Positions 36,079 to 46,208 of a DNA stretch of 49,170 nt are shown here, piece by piece. Source of the stretch: Verrucomicrobiales bacterium (GTDB taxonomy: Bacteria > Verrucomicrobiota > Verrucomicrobiia > Verrucomicrobiales > DEV007); assembly GCA_020852405.1 (NCBI GenBank), contig JADZAX010000575.1, forward strand, positions 1-49,170, read 5' to 3'. A program made the translations under genes and the position numbers. Position 1 is the first letter of the stretch. Every line of letters begins with the position of its first letter. Below the pieces are notes generated by a model. That model saw nothing but the letters and a program-made list of their open reading frames with translations. It did not search any database and was not told where the DNA came from.

Positions 36079-38796
36079 ATGCCCGCCGTCGACGATACAC
36101 CGCCCCCTTCCTTGGCTTTGATCAATGGACGCGAGCTGACGGTCAGCCCGGGCGAAACCATTTTGCAGGCAGCCCGCCGCCTTGGGATTGACATCCCGAC
36201 ACTCTGTCACCACGACCGCCTCTCTCCCGAGGGTGGTTGCCGCATGTGCGTGGTGAAATGTGCCGGTCACCCGAGACCCCTCGCCGCCTGCCACACCCCT
36301 TTGGAACCGGGCATGGAAATCCTGACCCACCACCGCGAGGTGGAACGGATCCGGAAAACACTGCTCACTCTCCAATTGACGACTGCTGGAGAGTCTGGGC
36401 TGGAGCCGGGAGTGATCCGGGAAGGCAGATTCACCGAACTGCTGGTTTCTCATGGGTTTTCTTTGCCACGGCGCACGGCCCCTCCGGTCAAGACGGATAC
36501 CTCCCATCCCTATCTGCGCTGGCAGCCATCGGCCTGCGTCTCCTGCCGGCTGTGCCTCAACACCTGCGAACAGATCGCGGGGCATTTCGTCTTCGGCATG
36601 GAAAAGCTCGGAGCGGCCTCCAGGCTCACCATCGATGGCAAGGCGGGATTCAACGGGGATGCCTGCTCCAGTTGCGGCGCCTGCGTCGATGTTTGTCCGA
36701 CCGGCGCCATCACCGACCGTGACCGCGAAAAACTCAAAAACCGCCGAGAGACGAATCCCGCCCCTCCCGTGGAAACGGTCTGCGGCTATTGTGGCACCGG
36801 CTGCCGGATGATCGTTCATACCGACAAAAGGGGCGACGTCGGCCACATTAACGGAGTCCCCAATGCCGCGGTCAACCATGGTGACCTGTGCGTGAAAGGA
36901 CGCTTTGCCCATGGCTGGCATCATGCCTTCGACCGGCTGCGCCGCCCCATGAAACGTTCCGGCGCGGCATTCAGCGCTGTTTCCTGGGATCAGGCGACCG
37001 CGCTGGTTGCCGCGCGGTTCCAAGAAATTGCCGCCTCCTCGGGCCCCGACTCCATCGCCGCTCTGGCATCCGGCAGAACGAGCAATGAAGCCGCTTACCT
37101 GATGCAGAAATTCATGCGGGGAGTCATTGGCACCAACAACATCGATTCCTGCTCCCGACTCTGCCATTCGGCCTCCGAGCTGGCTCTTTCCTGGATGCTG
37201 GGCAGCGGTTCCGCTTCAGCCTGTTTTGACGATATTGAATTGGCCGGATGTCTCCTCGTCTTTGGCACCAACCCCACCGAGTCGCACCCCATATTGGGCG
37301 CCAGACTCAAGCAGGCCGCGCTGCACGGCGTGCCACTGATCGTGGTCGATCCACGCCGCACGGATCTCTCGGATTTTGCGACGCTCCATTTGCCGGTCAA
37401 ACCGGGGACCAATGTCTCGCTCATCAACATTCTGTGCCGTCTCGTCCTGGAGGCTTACGGGGAGACGACGGCCGCCCAGGCTGGAGCCCATGGTCTGGAG
37501 TTCGAAGCCTGGCGCGACTTTGTGCTCTCCCTCCCCGTCCCGGAAGCGAGTGCCATCACCGGCGTTCAGGAGAGGGACCTGCGACTGGCGGCCCGAATCA
37601 TAGCCGATTCCGCTCCGTTGCTGACGCTCTATGGTGCGGGTGTGACCCAGCACGTCCGGGGGACGGCGGGCGTCATTGCCCTGGCCAATCTCGCTCTTCT
37701 GACCGGGGGACTGGGACAGCCCGGTGGCGGTTTGCTCCCTCTCCGCGGCCAGAACAATGTGCAGGGAGTGAGTGACATGGGAGCCATGCCGGATCATTTC
37801 ACCGGATACCAACCGATCCGCTCCGCAGGCACCGGCACAAGGGTGGCGGAAACCCTCGGCTTCCATCTCCCAGGCAAAGCCGGGCTCACCGTCACCGAGC
37901 TTCCCGACGCCATCCTTGCAGGAAACGTGAGGGCGCTCTGGGTCATGGGAGAAAATCCCCTGCGCAGCCTGCCTGACACCGCCAAGACCCGGAGGGCCTT
38001 CGAGAAACTTGAATTTCTGGTCGTCCAGGAAACCATCCTGACGGAAACCGGCAAGCTCGCCCACGTCCTCCTCCCCGCCGCAGCCGGTTTTGAGATCGAA
38101 GGCACCTTCACGAATGCTGAACGGCGGATCCAACGGGTACGCCCGGCAGTTGAAGCCCCTGGTGAGGCCCGACCGGATTGGATCATCATATCACAGGTCG
38201 CGCGAGCCTGCGGGGCCCATTGGAATTACCTCGGCCCGGGAGACGTGATGCGGGAGGTCGGCCGGGCCACTCCGGAAACACACGGCGGCATTTCCTATCA
38301 ACGTCTCGAACAATCCCCCGACGGATTGCAGTGGCCGTGCCCCGATCCGGCTCATCCCGGCACCAAACGGCTTCACAGCGGGGGCTTTGCTCCTGGCAAA
38401 GGACGGTTCGTGCCCATCGACTATGAACCCAGTCCCGCCCACCACCAGCAGGACTACCCGATCCTGCTCATCACCGGACGGGTTCTGGAACATCACAACT
38501 CCGGAGGAATGACCCTGCGCACCCCGAATCAGGACCTCCCCACGGCACAGGGACTCGCCCTGCATCCGCATGATGCCGCCCGTCTGCTTCTGGTGGACGG
38601 GGATGAAGCCACCGTTGAAAGTGCTCAAGGCAGCCTCAGGGTCCGCGTCAGAATTTCCAACCGTCAATTGCCGGGCACCGCATTTTTGAGCATCCACGAT
38701 GGCAGCCGACCTGCCAACCGGCTGGTCAGCGCCCTGCCCGATCCGGATTCCATGACCCCCCAGTACAAAGCGGTGGCGGTCAAAATCTCCCGCTGA
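36079..38796 (+). CDS. fdhF: Formate dehydrogenase alpha subunit (molybdopterin, Cys-type) with N-terminal 2Fe-2S and 4Fe-4S domains
   Basis: 905 aa. INGRELTVSPGETILQAARRLGIDIPTLCHH...GGCRMCVV (2Fe-2S). CVSCRLCLNTC and CSSCGACVDVCPTGAI (4Fe-4S). TVCGYCGTGCRM (MopB cluster). Active-site region NIDSCSRLCHSAS (Cys-His, no in-frame TGA). A C-terminal molybdopterin dinucleotide-binding domain. Confidence 0.92.
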   Translation: MPAVDDTPPPSLALINGRELTVSPGETILQAARRLGIDIPTLCHHDRLSPEGGCRMCVVKCAGHPRPLAACHTPLEPGMEILTHHREVERIRKTLLTLQLTTAGESGLEPGVIREGRFTELLVSHGFSLPRRTAPPVKTDTSHPYLRWQPSACVSCRLCLNTCEQIAGHFVFGMEKLGAASRLTIDGKAGFNGDACSSCGACVDVCPTGAITDRDREKLKNRRETNPAPPVETVCGYCGTGCRMIVHTDKRGDVGHINGVPNAAVNHGDLCVKGRFAHGWHHAFDRLRRPMKRSGAAFSAVSWDQATALVAARFQEIAASSGPDSIAALASGRTSNEAAYLMQKFMRGVIGTNNIDSCSRLCHSASELALSWMLGSGSASACFDDIELAGCLLVFGTNPTESHPILGARLKQAALHGVPLIVVDPRRTDLSDFATLHLPVKPGTNVSLINILCRLVLEAYGETTAAQAGAHGLEFEAWRDFVLSLPVPEASAITGVQERDLRLAARIIADSAPLLTLYGAGVTQHVRGTAGVIALANLALLTGGLGQPGGGLLPLRGQNNVQGVSDMGAMPDHFTGYQPIRSAGTGTRVAETLGFHLPGKAGLTVTELPDAILAGNVRALWVMGENPLRSLPDTAKTRRAFEKLEFLVVQETILTETGKLAHVLLPAAAGFEIEGTFTNAERRIQRVRPAVEAPGEARPDWIIISQVARACGAHWNYLGPGDVMREVGRATPETHGGISYQRLEQSPDGLQWPCPDPAHPGTKRLHSGGFAPGKGRFVPIDYEPSPAHHQQDYPILLITGRVLEHHNSGGMTLRTPNQDLPTAQGLALHPHDAARLLLVDGDEATVESAQGSLRVRVRISNRQLPGTAFLSIHDGSRPANRLVSALPDPDSMTPQYKAVAVKISR

Positions 38797-38806
38797 AGGT
38801 GCGGGG

Positions 38807-39169
38807 TCATTTCTGCAAAGAACACTCCAACTCAAACCACTGGGGATTGAGGTCCGAGAGGGGCACCCGGAGCTTGTCGAGTTCGGCGGCGGCTCCGTGA
38901 AATTCAAGCCGCTCGATGTCACTGATTTTCAGAGCTCTGGATAAAATGTCTCCCACATTTTCCAGATGGACCAGCACGCCCTCACCACCACGGTAGGCCT
39001 CACGACAAAATACCAGATCCCCTCCGATCGAGAATTCATAGAACAGACAGGCCTCTTCGGTTGCTGTTTTGGAGATGAATTCTGCCATCAAGGCCTTGAA
39101 TTCATCCAGTTTGCCGGGATGGACCCGGAAATAAGGATGGATCGAAACGGTGTCAGAAAGGTACGTCAT
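38807..39169 (-). CDS. Antibiotic biosynthesis monooxygenase (ABM)-like small protein
   Basis: 120 aa with ATG at 39169. VSIHPYFRVHPGKLDEFKALMAEFISKTATEEACLFYEF...FCREAYRGGEGVLVHL matches the ABM/ferredoxin-like beta-alpha-beta pattern. Confidence 0.7.
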   Translation of the reverse strand: MTYLSDTVSIHPYFRVHPGKLDEFKALMAEFISKTATEEACLFYEFSIGGDLVFCREAYRGGEGVLVHLENVGDILSRALKISDIERLEFHGAAAELDKLRVPLSDLNPQWFELECSLQK

Positions 39170-39551
39170 GGAGGGTGGTGGGATGAACTGATCGATGAAA
39201 TTCCGGAGGACTCCCTGCCGCTCGCTTGGGCTTGCGCTCTGATTCCGGAGTTCCTTGAAGAATGGGGTTCCTTTTTGAAGAATGCCTTGCGACGATCCTC
39301 ATGGATGGCGTGCGCGTTATTTTCTTGCCCAGCAATCTTGGGGAAATGGGAGAAAATGCGGGGCTCACCGGAACTGATTTTGCGCCTGCATTTGTACGGG
39401 TCAAGACATTTTGACCGACCCAGCGATCGGCCCAATCCAGCCGGATCCCACGCATTTTCGCCATTGCAACGGCCTCACCGTCCTGATACGGTGGTTGTTC
39501 TCATCCTTTGGATTTGCCTCGAAGGACAGCTCCACCTATTTGCGAACCAGC

Positions 39552-41165
39552 ATGAAGTTCACTCACTTTTCCAAGTTTCTGGCCGCTTTCGGCGTTCTTG
39601 GGTTCTTCATCTTTGTTTCGGCGCAGGGCCAGAACAAACCTGGCGAGAATGAACCCGCACCCGAAAAGCCGGAAATCAGCCAAGGGGATTGGGCCAGTCT
39701 GTTTGATGGCAAAACCTTGGAAGGATGGGACGGAGATCCGGCGCTGTGGCGTGTCGAAGAAGGCTGCATCACCGGCGAGACCACGGCGGACAAGCCTCTC
39801 GAATACAATTCCTTCCTTCAGTGGGCCGATGGACAACTCGACGATTTTGAGTTGAAACTGGATTTCCGTATCCAAGGAGGCAACTCCGGGGTCCAGGTTC
39901 GCAGTTTTGCGTTGGGCAAACCCCACTCCATCGGCGGCTATCAGGCGGACATCGATTTTTCGAATGCGTGGTCCGGATCATGGTACGGTGAGCAATACCG
40001 TGGCATTTTGGCGAAACGCGGCCAGAAAACCACGATCGGTGAGGATGGCAAACCCACCGAAACCGGGGGGACCGGATCCCCGGAGACTCTGGCCCAAAAC
40101 ATCAAAGCTGGAGACTGGAACGAGATGCTCATCACCGCCCGGGGCACCAAACTCTCCCTGTCGGTCAATGGGATCCTCATGTCCGAAATCGTGGATGAAG
40201 ACACGGACAGCCGACGGCGTCAGGGCCTGCTCGCCCTGCAGCTCCACAAAGGGCCTCCGATGAAGGTCCAGTTTCGCACCATTGTGGTCAAACGCCTCCC
40301 GCTCGGAGGGAATGTCAAAAAAATCGTCTTCATCGCGGGCCCTCCGAGCCATCCGCCGCGGCAACACGAACACAATGCCGGCACTGAGTTGGCGGCCAGG
40401 CTCCTCAATGAAAATCATCCTGACAAAGTCCTCGCCACGGTTTACCACAACCGTTGGCCCAGTGACCCGAGCGCATTCCAGAATGCCGACGCGGTGATCA
40501 TTCATGGCGACGGGGGCTCCCGTCAGCCGGCTTACTGGCACCGCCAACAGGTGCAGACTCTGGCGGACCGGGGGGTGGGGATCGGGTGCATCCACTATGC
40601 GGTGGAAATGCTGCCTGGAGAATCCAACGATTCGCTGATCTCCTGGATCGGGGGGGCCTTTGAAATCAACCAATCGGTCAATCCCCACTGGGAAGCAACG
40701 TTCACCTCCCTCCCGGACCACCCGGTCACTCGCGGTGTCCAGCCTTTCAAAATCAACGACGAATGGTATTTCAACATGCGGTTTGAACCGGGAATGAAAG
40801 GCGTGACCCCAATCCTGAGCGCCATTCCGGGTCCGGAGACAATGACCCGTCCTGACGGCGAACATTCCGGCAATCCGGGCGTGCGCAAGATGGTGGCCGA
40901 CCAGGTCCCCCAGCATCTCTGCTGGGTCAAGGAACGGGACAACGGAGGTCGCGGATTCGGATTCACGGGCTGCCACTTCCATGACAACTGGGCCAATGAT
41001 TCTTTCCGCAAAACCCTTTTGAATGCCATCTGTTGGGTGGCCAAAGTGGACATTCCAAGCGGTGGCATCGACTCTCCCACTCTGACGCATTCTGACCTGG
41101 ATGCCAATCTCGACCCCAAACCGGCACCCAAGCCGAAAGTCCCCGCCAAAGCACTCAATCCCTGA
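39552..41165 (+). CDS. Secreted DUF1080 (3-keto-disaccharide hydrolase-like) + ThuA-like domain fusion
   Basis: ORF 39411..41165. ATG 39552 gives MKFTHFSKFLAAFGVLGFFIFVSAQG. DUF1080 blocks: LFDGKTLEGWDGDPALWRVEEGCITGE, DFELKLDFRIQGGNSGVQVRS and LALQLHKGPPMKVQFRTIVVKRL. ThuA-like blocks: KKIVFIAGPPSHPPRQHEHNAG...ADAVIIHGDGG...GIGCIHYA. Confidence 0.85.
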   Translation: MKFTHFSKFLAAFGVLGFFIFVSAQGQNKPGENEPAPEKPEISQGDWASLFDGKTLEGWDGDPALWRVEEGCITGETTADKPLEYNSFLQWADGQLDDFELKLDFRIQGGNSGVQVRSFALGKPHSIGGYQADIDFSNAWSGSWYGEQYRGILAKRGQKTTIGEDGKPTETGGTGSPETLAQNIKAGDWNEMLITARGTKLSLSVNGILMSEIVDEDTDSRRRQGLLALQLHKGPPMKVQFRTIVVKRLPLGGNVKKIVFIAGPPSHPPRQHEHNAGTELAARLLNENHPDKVLATVYHNRWPSDPSAFQNADAVIIHGDGGSRQPAYWHRQQVQTLADRGVGIGCIHYAVEMLPGESNDSLISWIGGAFEINQSVNPHWEATFTSLPDHPVTRGVQPFKINDEWYFNMRFEPGMKGVTPILSAIPGPETMTRPDGEHSGNPGVRKMVADQVPQHLCWVKERDNGGRGFGFTGCHFHDNWANDSFRKTLLNAICWVAKVDIPSGGIDSPTLTHSDLDANLDPKPAPKPKVPAKALNP

Positions 41166-41201
41166 ATTTTCATCGAAATCAACCCAACCAACCAACCCGT
41201 C

Positions 41202-42575
41202 ATGAGCCACGAAACCACCCCCCTTTCCCCATCAAACGTCGGCAGCGACCCGCTGACCAACCGTCGCAAATTCATCACCAGGGCCGCCGCCGTCGCCGGG
41301 GCCGCCGCTCTCCCCATCGAATTGAGCGCCCAGGTGGCGGGCAGTGATGAGATCAAAGTGGGCCTCATCGGATGTGGCGGCCGCGGCTCGGGTGCGGCCG
41401 CGCAAACGATGACCGTCGACGGATGTCGGCTCATCGCCGTGGCGGACGCCTTTCAGGACCGTCTTGACGGCGGTCTGAACAACATCAAAGGCGGCATGGA
41501 AAAAGCCGGCCGTGGGGACCGTGTCGCGGTGACTGACAAAAAGTATGTCGGTCTCGACGCCTACAAAGAACTCATCGACAACGTCGATCTGGTGCTCGTC
41601 GCGACCCCTCCGGGGTTCCGTCCGATCCATTTTGAATACGCGGTCAATGCCGGCAAACACGTCTTCATGGAAAAGCCGGTTTGCGTAGATGCCTGGGGCT
41701 ACAACAAAATCATCAAGGCGGCCCAGGCCGCGGATGAAAAGGGATTGAAAGTCGTGGTGGGCCTGCAGCGGCATTACCAGAATGTCTACCGCGAAGCCTT
41801 CAAAAAGGTGCATGAAGAGGGCATGATCGGCGATATCGTCTCGGCCCAGGCTTGGTGGAACGGCTCGCGCCCATGGATCCGCGAGCGCAAGCCCGGGCAG
41901 ACCGAAATGGAATACCAGGTCATGAACTGGTACCATTTCGCCTGGCTTTCGGGAGACCACATTTCCGAGCAGCACGTCCACAACATTGACGTCATCAACT
42001 GGTTCGTCAGCGGCAACAACGAGTAAGGCGGACATCCCGTCTCCGCCCAAGGTCTTGGCGGCCGTTGCACCCGGGAGCCCTTGAGCGTCGGGGAAATCTT
42101 CGACCACCACTTCGTGGAGGTCCGTTACGAGAATGGTGTGATTCTCAACAGCCAGTGCCGGCACGCCAAAGGCGCCATGCCGAAAGTGGCCGAAGAAATT
42201 CAAGGCACGGAAGGCACTCTTTACCTTCAGAATGGAAAGATTGTGGACCGAAAAGGCGAGACCAAATGGGAATACCGCGAGCGCAATGCCCCGAATCCCT
42301 ACCAGGTGGAGCATGACGAACTGCATGCGGCCATCCGGAACAAGACGCCGCTCAACAATGCCTACTATGGTGCCCACAGTTCGTTCACTTCCACACTGGG
42401 CCGGATCGCCACTTACTCCGGGCAGCAGGTTTCCTGGGATGAAGCCGTGAAGTCGGACTTCAACATCGGACCGAAGGATTATGCCTTCGATGCGGAAGCC
42501 CCCGTCAAACCAGACGCCAACGGCAACTATGCTCTCCCCATCCCCGGAGAGACCAAAGTTCCCTGGAAGGCCTGA
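41202..42575 (+). pseudogene. Tat-signal Gfo/Idh/MocA family oxidoreductase interrupted by one in-frame TAA (42024-42026)
   Basis: ORFs 41202..42026 and 42081..42575 are in the same frame. Reading through the stop gives ...QHVHNIDVINWFVSGNNE*GGHPVSAQGLGGRCTREPLSVGEIFDHHFVEVRYENG..., which is continuous with the family's usual C-terminal domain. N-terminus RRKFITRAAAVAGAAALP (Tat) and Rossmann motif IKVGLIGCGGRG. Confidence 0.8.
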
Positions 42576-42609
42576 AAATTCCCGCCCCGCCATGGAGCGG
42601 GACCGCAAA

Positions 42610-42645
42610 GCGCACTCCGAAAATCCGGAGTGCGCTTTTTCTTTG
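42610..42645 (+). terminator. Intrinsic terminator after the oxidoreductase
   Basis: GCGCACTCCG (42610-42619), loop AAAAT, CCGGAGTGCGC, then TTTTTCTTT. A 10-bp GC-rich stem with a T-run, 35 nt past the stop. Confidence 0.65.
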
Positions 42646-42775
42646 CCCCGGTTCCGTGGTTCCGGCCCTTTTTATCTCACCGAAAAACGATCCGAAATCG
42701 TAGGCTGTGGCAACGTGTTGCCGGTCTTTGCCGGGAGAGCATTTTAGCGGATAATTGTCCCACAGTTCAGGTCCC

Positions 42776-43642
42776 ATGATTCCCTGCCACCTTTCTGACG
42801 AAGCCTTACTGGAGGAGATCCGGGACACTCCGGGGTCTCCCGAGCGCTTTGATGCCTGGTGGCTCGGGCAAAGCGGCTTCCTGATTCATTGGAACGGGCA
42901 TTTCCTGCTTCTCGATCCTTATCTTTCCGACTCCTTGACCCGGAAGTATGCCACGACCGACAAACCCCACACCCGCATGACCAGTCTGGTGGTCCCGCCG
43001 CAAGCGCTGGACATGGTGCGGGTGGTCACTTCCAGCCACAACCACACTGACCACTTGGACGCGGAGACCCTGGTGCCGATGGCGCTTGCCTGCCCCGGAC
43101 TGGCTTTGATCCTGCCTTCGGCCAATGAAAGTTTCGCCAGAGAGCGCCTGTCGGCCGCCGGCACCAGAATGCCCGCATTCCATGGACTTGATGACGGCAC
43201 AACCCTGGTTATCGGCCCCTGGGAATTTCATGGCATCGCGGCGGCGCACAATGAAGTGGCGCGAGATGCCGAAGGACGTTGTCTATATCTCGGCTATGTG
43301 ATCCGGTTTGGCGCTTTCGCCATCTACCACAGCGGGGACACCCTCTGGCATTCCGGACTGGCTCCCGCATTGATCCCCCACGCGGTGGACCTGGCATTCC
43401 TTCCCATCAACGGGAACCGGCCGGAGCGACGGGTCTCCGGCAATTTAAACGGCACCGAAGCCGCAGCCCTCGGAAAGGTGATCGGAGCCCGGCTCACCGT
43501 GCCGTGCCATTACCACCAGTTCGTGTTCAACACGGAAGAACCCGATGAATTCATCCACGCCTGTGCCAGAATGGGCACCCCCCACCGGGTGCTCCGTTGC
43601 GGTGAACGGCTCACGGTCGCTCAGGCATCGACCACGGACTGA
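42776..43642 (+). CDS. MBL-fold metallo-hydrolase
   Basis: ORF 42755..43642, where the first codon is TTG; ATG is at 42776. WWLGQSGFLIHWNGHFLLLDPYL, metal motif SSHNHTDHLD, later YHSGDT and CHYHQF. The 3' end overlaps the convergent ABC gene by 22 nt. Confidence 0.8.
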   Translation: MIPCHLSDEALLEEIRDTPGSPERFDAWWLGQSGFLIHWNGHFLLLDPYLSDSLTRKYATTDKPHTRMTSLVVPPQALDMVRVVTSSHNHTDHLDAETLVPMALACPGLALILPSANESFARERLSAAGTRMPAFHGLDDGTTLVIGPWEFHGIAAAHNEVARDAEGRCLYLGYVIRFGAFAIYHSGDTLWHSGLAPALIPHAVDLAFLPINGNRPERRVSGNLNGTEAAALGKVIGARLTVPCHYHQFVFNTEEPDEFIHACARMGTPHRVLRCGERLTVAQASTTD

Positions 43643-45387
43643 AGCGAGTCGTCGGTCTCTTCTTCCTCCGCGATCAACGAAGTTCGGCAGAGCTTGGCAT
43701 AGTGCCCGTCACGGGCCAGGAGAGCCTCATGGTGCCCATGCTCGAGGACTTTTCCGTGTCCGAGCACATAAATCCGGTCGGCATTCCTGACCGTGGACAG
43801 TCGGTGGGCGATGACAAAGCTGGTCCGGTGGGTCATGATGCGGTCCAAAGCGGATTGGATGAGCTTTTCCGTCTGGTTGTCGACGCTCGCGGTGGCCTCA
43901 TCGAGCAGCAGAATGGGCGGACTTTTCAAGACCACTCGGGCGATCGCGATACGCTGTTTTTCACCGACGGAAAGTTTGACGCCCCGTTCCCCGACATTCG
44001 TGTCCAGCTGTTCAGGCAGGCGTTCGACAAAATCCCTGGCATTCGCTGCTTCCAGAGCGTGCCAAAGCTCCTCCTCGGTGGCCTTCTCTTTTGCCATGAG
44101 CAGATTCTCCCGCACCGTGCCATTGAAGAGAAAACTTTCCTGCGTCACATAGCCCATGGTGTCGCGGAGTTCAGACTTCCGCAGGTCTTTGATCTCGACC
44201 CCGTCGAGAGTGATGCGACCTTCGTCGTACTCATAAAATCTAGCCAGCAAATTGATTATGGTCGACTTGCCCGCGCCGGTGTGCCCCACCAAGGCCACCA
44301 TTTCACCGGGCAACGCCTCGAGCTGGACTCCCCGCAACGTGGAGGCGCGACCGGTGTAGGAAAATCCCACATTTTCAAACACCACATGGCCTTTGACCGG
44401 CAATGGTAGCGGCGCTCCCACATCAAGATCCGGTTCCTCCTCGGCATCGATGATTTCAAAGACCCGTTCGCCAGCCGCCCTCCCTGCCTGGACGATCTGG
44501 TTCAGCTGATGCAGCCGTCCCACGGGTTCGTAGAAGAGGCTCAGGGCAAACAAAAAAGCCAGGAACACTCCCTGGTCGAGACGCCCCTGCATGAGCCACC
44601 ATCCACCAATGCCAACCATCAGGACATAACCGACATTCCGGAGGAATTCCATGCTGGGGTTGTAGACTGCCCACAAACGCATGACGCGGAGCGTGGCCCT
44701 GCGCACCGCGTCGCTGGCCGAGTTGAAACGACCATGTTCGGCGGATTCCCGAGTGTAGGCCTTTACCTGGGCAATCCCGTCAATGTTGTCATGCAACAGG
44801 GCATTCATTTCACTGGTGGCCTGGCGCACCACCCGGTGGCGCTTGGGGGAATGCCGGGTGTAAAGCATGGCCCCGAGTGCGAGAAGCGGCACCGGAATGA
44901 AGGCCACTCCCGCCAGGGCCGGATTCAGCCAGACAAGATATCCTCCCACGACCAAAATTTGCAGCGAAGCGATGAGACCCTGCTCAATGCCATCGATGAG
45001 GACACGTTCCATGCTGGTGACATCCTCCGTGACACGGGTCATGATGTCTCCGGTCCTTTTTTCATCGAACCACCGCATGGGGAGTCGTTGGATTTTGCAG
45101 TAGAGATCGGACCTGATGTCGAAAATGACCTTCTGTTCGAAGGTGTTGTTCAGGATGATCCGCAGGGAATTGAAAAGGTTCGTCGCCAGGAAAGCCCCGG
45201 CCGCCAGCAGGGTGTAGGGCAGCAAACGGTCAAACTGCCGCAACGGAATGATCTCACCGGTCACCACTTTGATCACATGGGGGAACACGATCCCCAACAC
45301 CGTCATGAAAATGGCACAGGCAATCTGAAGGGAACCCAGCAAGGGGTAACGACGAAGGTAGGAGAAGACGCGGAAAACCGTGGACAT
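43621..45387 (-). CDS. ABC transporter permease/ATP-binding fusion (MsbA-like exporter)
   Basis: ORF 43621..45525, with ATG 45387 (MSTVFRVFSYLRRYPLLG). Six TM segments. Walker A GHTGAGKST, signature LSVGEKQRIAIAR, Walker B ILLLDEATASVD, and H-loop VIAHRLST. Confidence 0.9.
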   Translation of the reverse strand: MSTVFRVFSYLRRYPLLGSLQIACAIFMTVLGIVFPHVIKVVTGEIIPLRQFDRLLPYTLLAAGAFLATNLFNSLRIILNNTFEQKVIFDIRSDLYCKIQRLPMRWFDEKRTGDIMTRVTEDVTSMERVLIDGIEQGLIASLQILVVGGYLVWLNPALAGVAFIPVPLLALGAMLYTRHSPKRHRVVRQATSEMNALLHDNIDGIAQVKAYTRESAEHGRFNSASDAVRRATLRVMRLWAVYNPSMEFLRNVGYVLMVGIGGWWLMQGRLDQGVFLAFLFALSLFYEPVGRLHQLNQIVQAGRAAGERVFEIIDAEEEPDLDVGAPLPLPVKGHVVFENVGFSYTGRASTLRGVQLEALPGEMVALVGHTGAGKSTIINLLARFYEYDEGRITLDGVEIKDLRKSELRDTMGYVTQESFLFNGTVRENLLMAKEKATEEELWHALEAANARDFVERLPEQLDTNVGERGVKLSVGEKQRIAIARVVLKSPPILLLDEATASVDNQTEKLIQSALDRIMTHRTSFVIAHRLSTVRNADRIYVLGHGKVLEHGHHEALLARDGHYAKLCRTSLIAEEEETDDSLQSVVDA

Positions 45388-45507
45388 GGGGAAGAATCTG
45401 ACAACGGAAGCGGATTTGGTATGGAAAATCCACCTTCCGGGGTATGTTACACCACGCGCAGAATCGTTGGACTGTTCCAGATCGGACCCTGCGCGGGAGC
45501 CGAAACC

Positions 45508-46191
45508 ATGCCCCGGAATTCCCACCAGCGCTCATTCTTTTTTCGCGTCTTCCGATTTGGCTTTCGTTTCGCGGCTCTGGTTGCTCTGGCGGTCCTGGCC
45601 TGCAATGCGTGGGTCATTCTCTCCACCTTGTCACGGATCTATTCCGATGCCGATGCCATCGATTTCCGTCCCGTCGGCTTGGTGCTGGGAACTTCCAAAA
45701 AAGTGGCCCCCAATGTCCCGAATCCGCATTTCGACACCCGCCTGGAAGCTGCCGCCGCCTTGTTCAAGGCTGGAAAGGTGCGCCACCTCCTCGTGAGCGG
45801 CCATGAGGAACCCCAGTATTACAGTGAACCGCGGGACATGAAAGAACGTCTTCTTTCCCTTGGAGTGCCGGCGAATGCCATCACCGAAGACGCGTCCGGA
45901 GCCCGCACTCTCGACTCGGTGGTGCGGGCGAAGCGAATCTTTGGATTGGATCAATTGACGATCATTTCGGACGATTTCCATGTCGCCAGAGCCCTTTTCC
46001 TGGCGCGCAGCGAAGGTCTGGACGCCCTCGCATTCACCGGGAAGCCCGTCGCCCTGCATGACAGCAAACGGGCCCGGGGACGCGAATACCTTGCCAGGGT
46101 CAAAGCCGTGCTGGACATCTACGTCCTCCACACCGCGCCTGTTCTGGCTGAGGAACCCCGCAAGATTCTGGTTCAGGGCTTGTCCGAATGA
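45508..46191 (+). CDS. SanA/YdcF (DUF218) family protein
   Basis: C-terminal 227 codons of ORF 44509..46191, starting at ATG 45508. N-terminal TM segment FRFAALVALAVLACNAWVI, then GLVLGTSK...NPHFDTRLEAAAALFKAGKVRHLLVSG...EDASGARTLDSVVRAKRIFGLDQLTIISDDFHVARALFLA, typical of SanA. Confidence 0.85.
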   Translation: MPRNSHQRSFFFRVFRFGFRFAALVALAVLACNAWVILSTLSRIYSDADAIDFRPVGLVLGTSKKVAPNVPNPHFDTRLEAAAALFKAGKVRHLLVSGHEEPQYYSEPRDMKERLLSLGVPANAITEDASGARTLDSVVRAKRIFGLDQLTIISDDFHVARALFLARSEGLDALAFTGKPVALHDSKRARGREYLARVKAVLDIYVLHTAPVLAEEPRKILVQGLSE

Positions 46192-46208
46192 TGCCTTATT
46201 CGCCCGAT

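Noticed and set aside
36079-38796. Possible selenocysteine (TGA) recoding in the formate dehydrogenase alpha subunit
   Set aside because: The ORF is uninterrupted, and the catalytic position reads CSRLCHSAS with a Cys codon. This is a Cys-type enzyme, and no SECIS-like context is needed.
39170-39551. Minus-strand ORFs 39153..39464 and 39166..39435 in the 382-nt gap upstream of the ABM gene
   Set aside because: Both are Lys/Arg/Ser-rich and mutually overlapping with no motif. Both would run into the ABM start. I treat this as a divergent promoter region.
43621-43642. 22-nt overlap of the convergent MBL-hydrolase and ABC-transporter 3' ends; there is also a 7-nt overlap of the CAP and LUD genes at 24393-24399
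   Set aside because: Short convergent overlaps are common in compact genomes. I saw no sequence structure suggesting a special regulatory element.
44509-45507. N-terminal 333 codons of the 560-aa plus-strand ORF 44509..46191
   Set aside because: This part is antisense to the ABC transporter, which has unambiguous Walker and signature motifs. Only the portion from ATG 45508 onward resembles a real protein (SanA/DUF218 with its own N-terminal TM).
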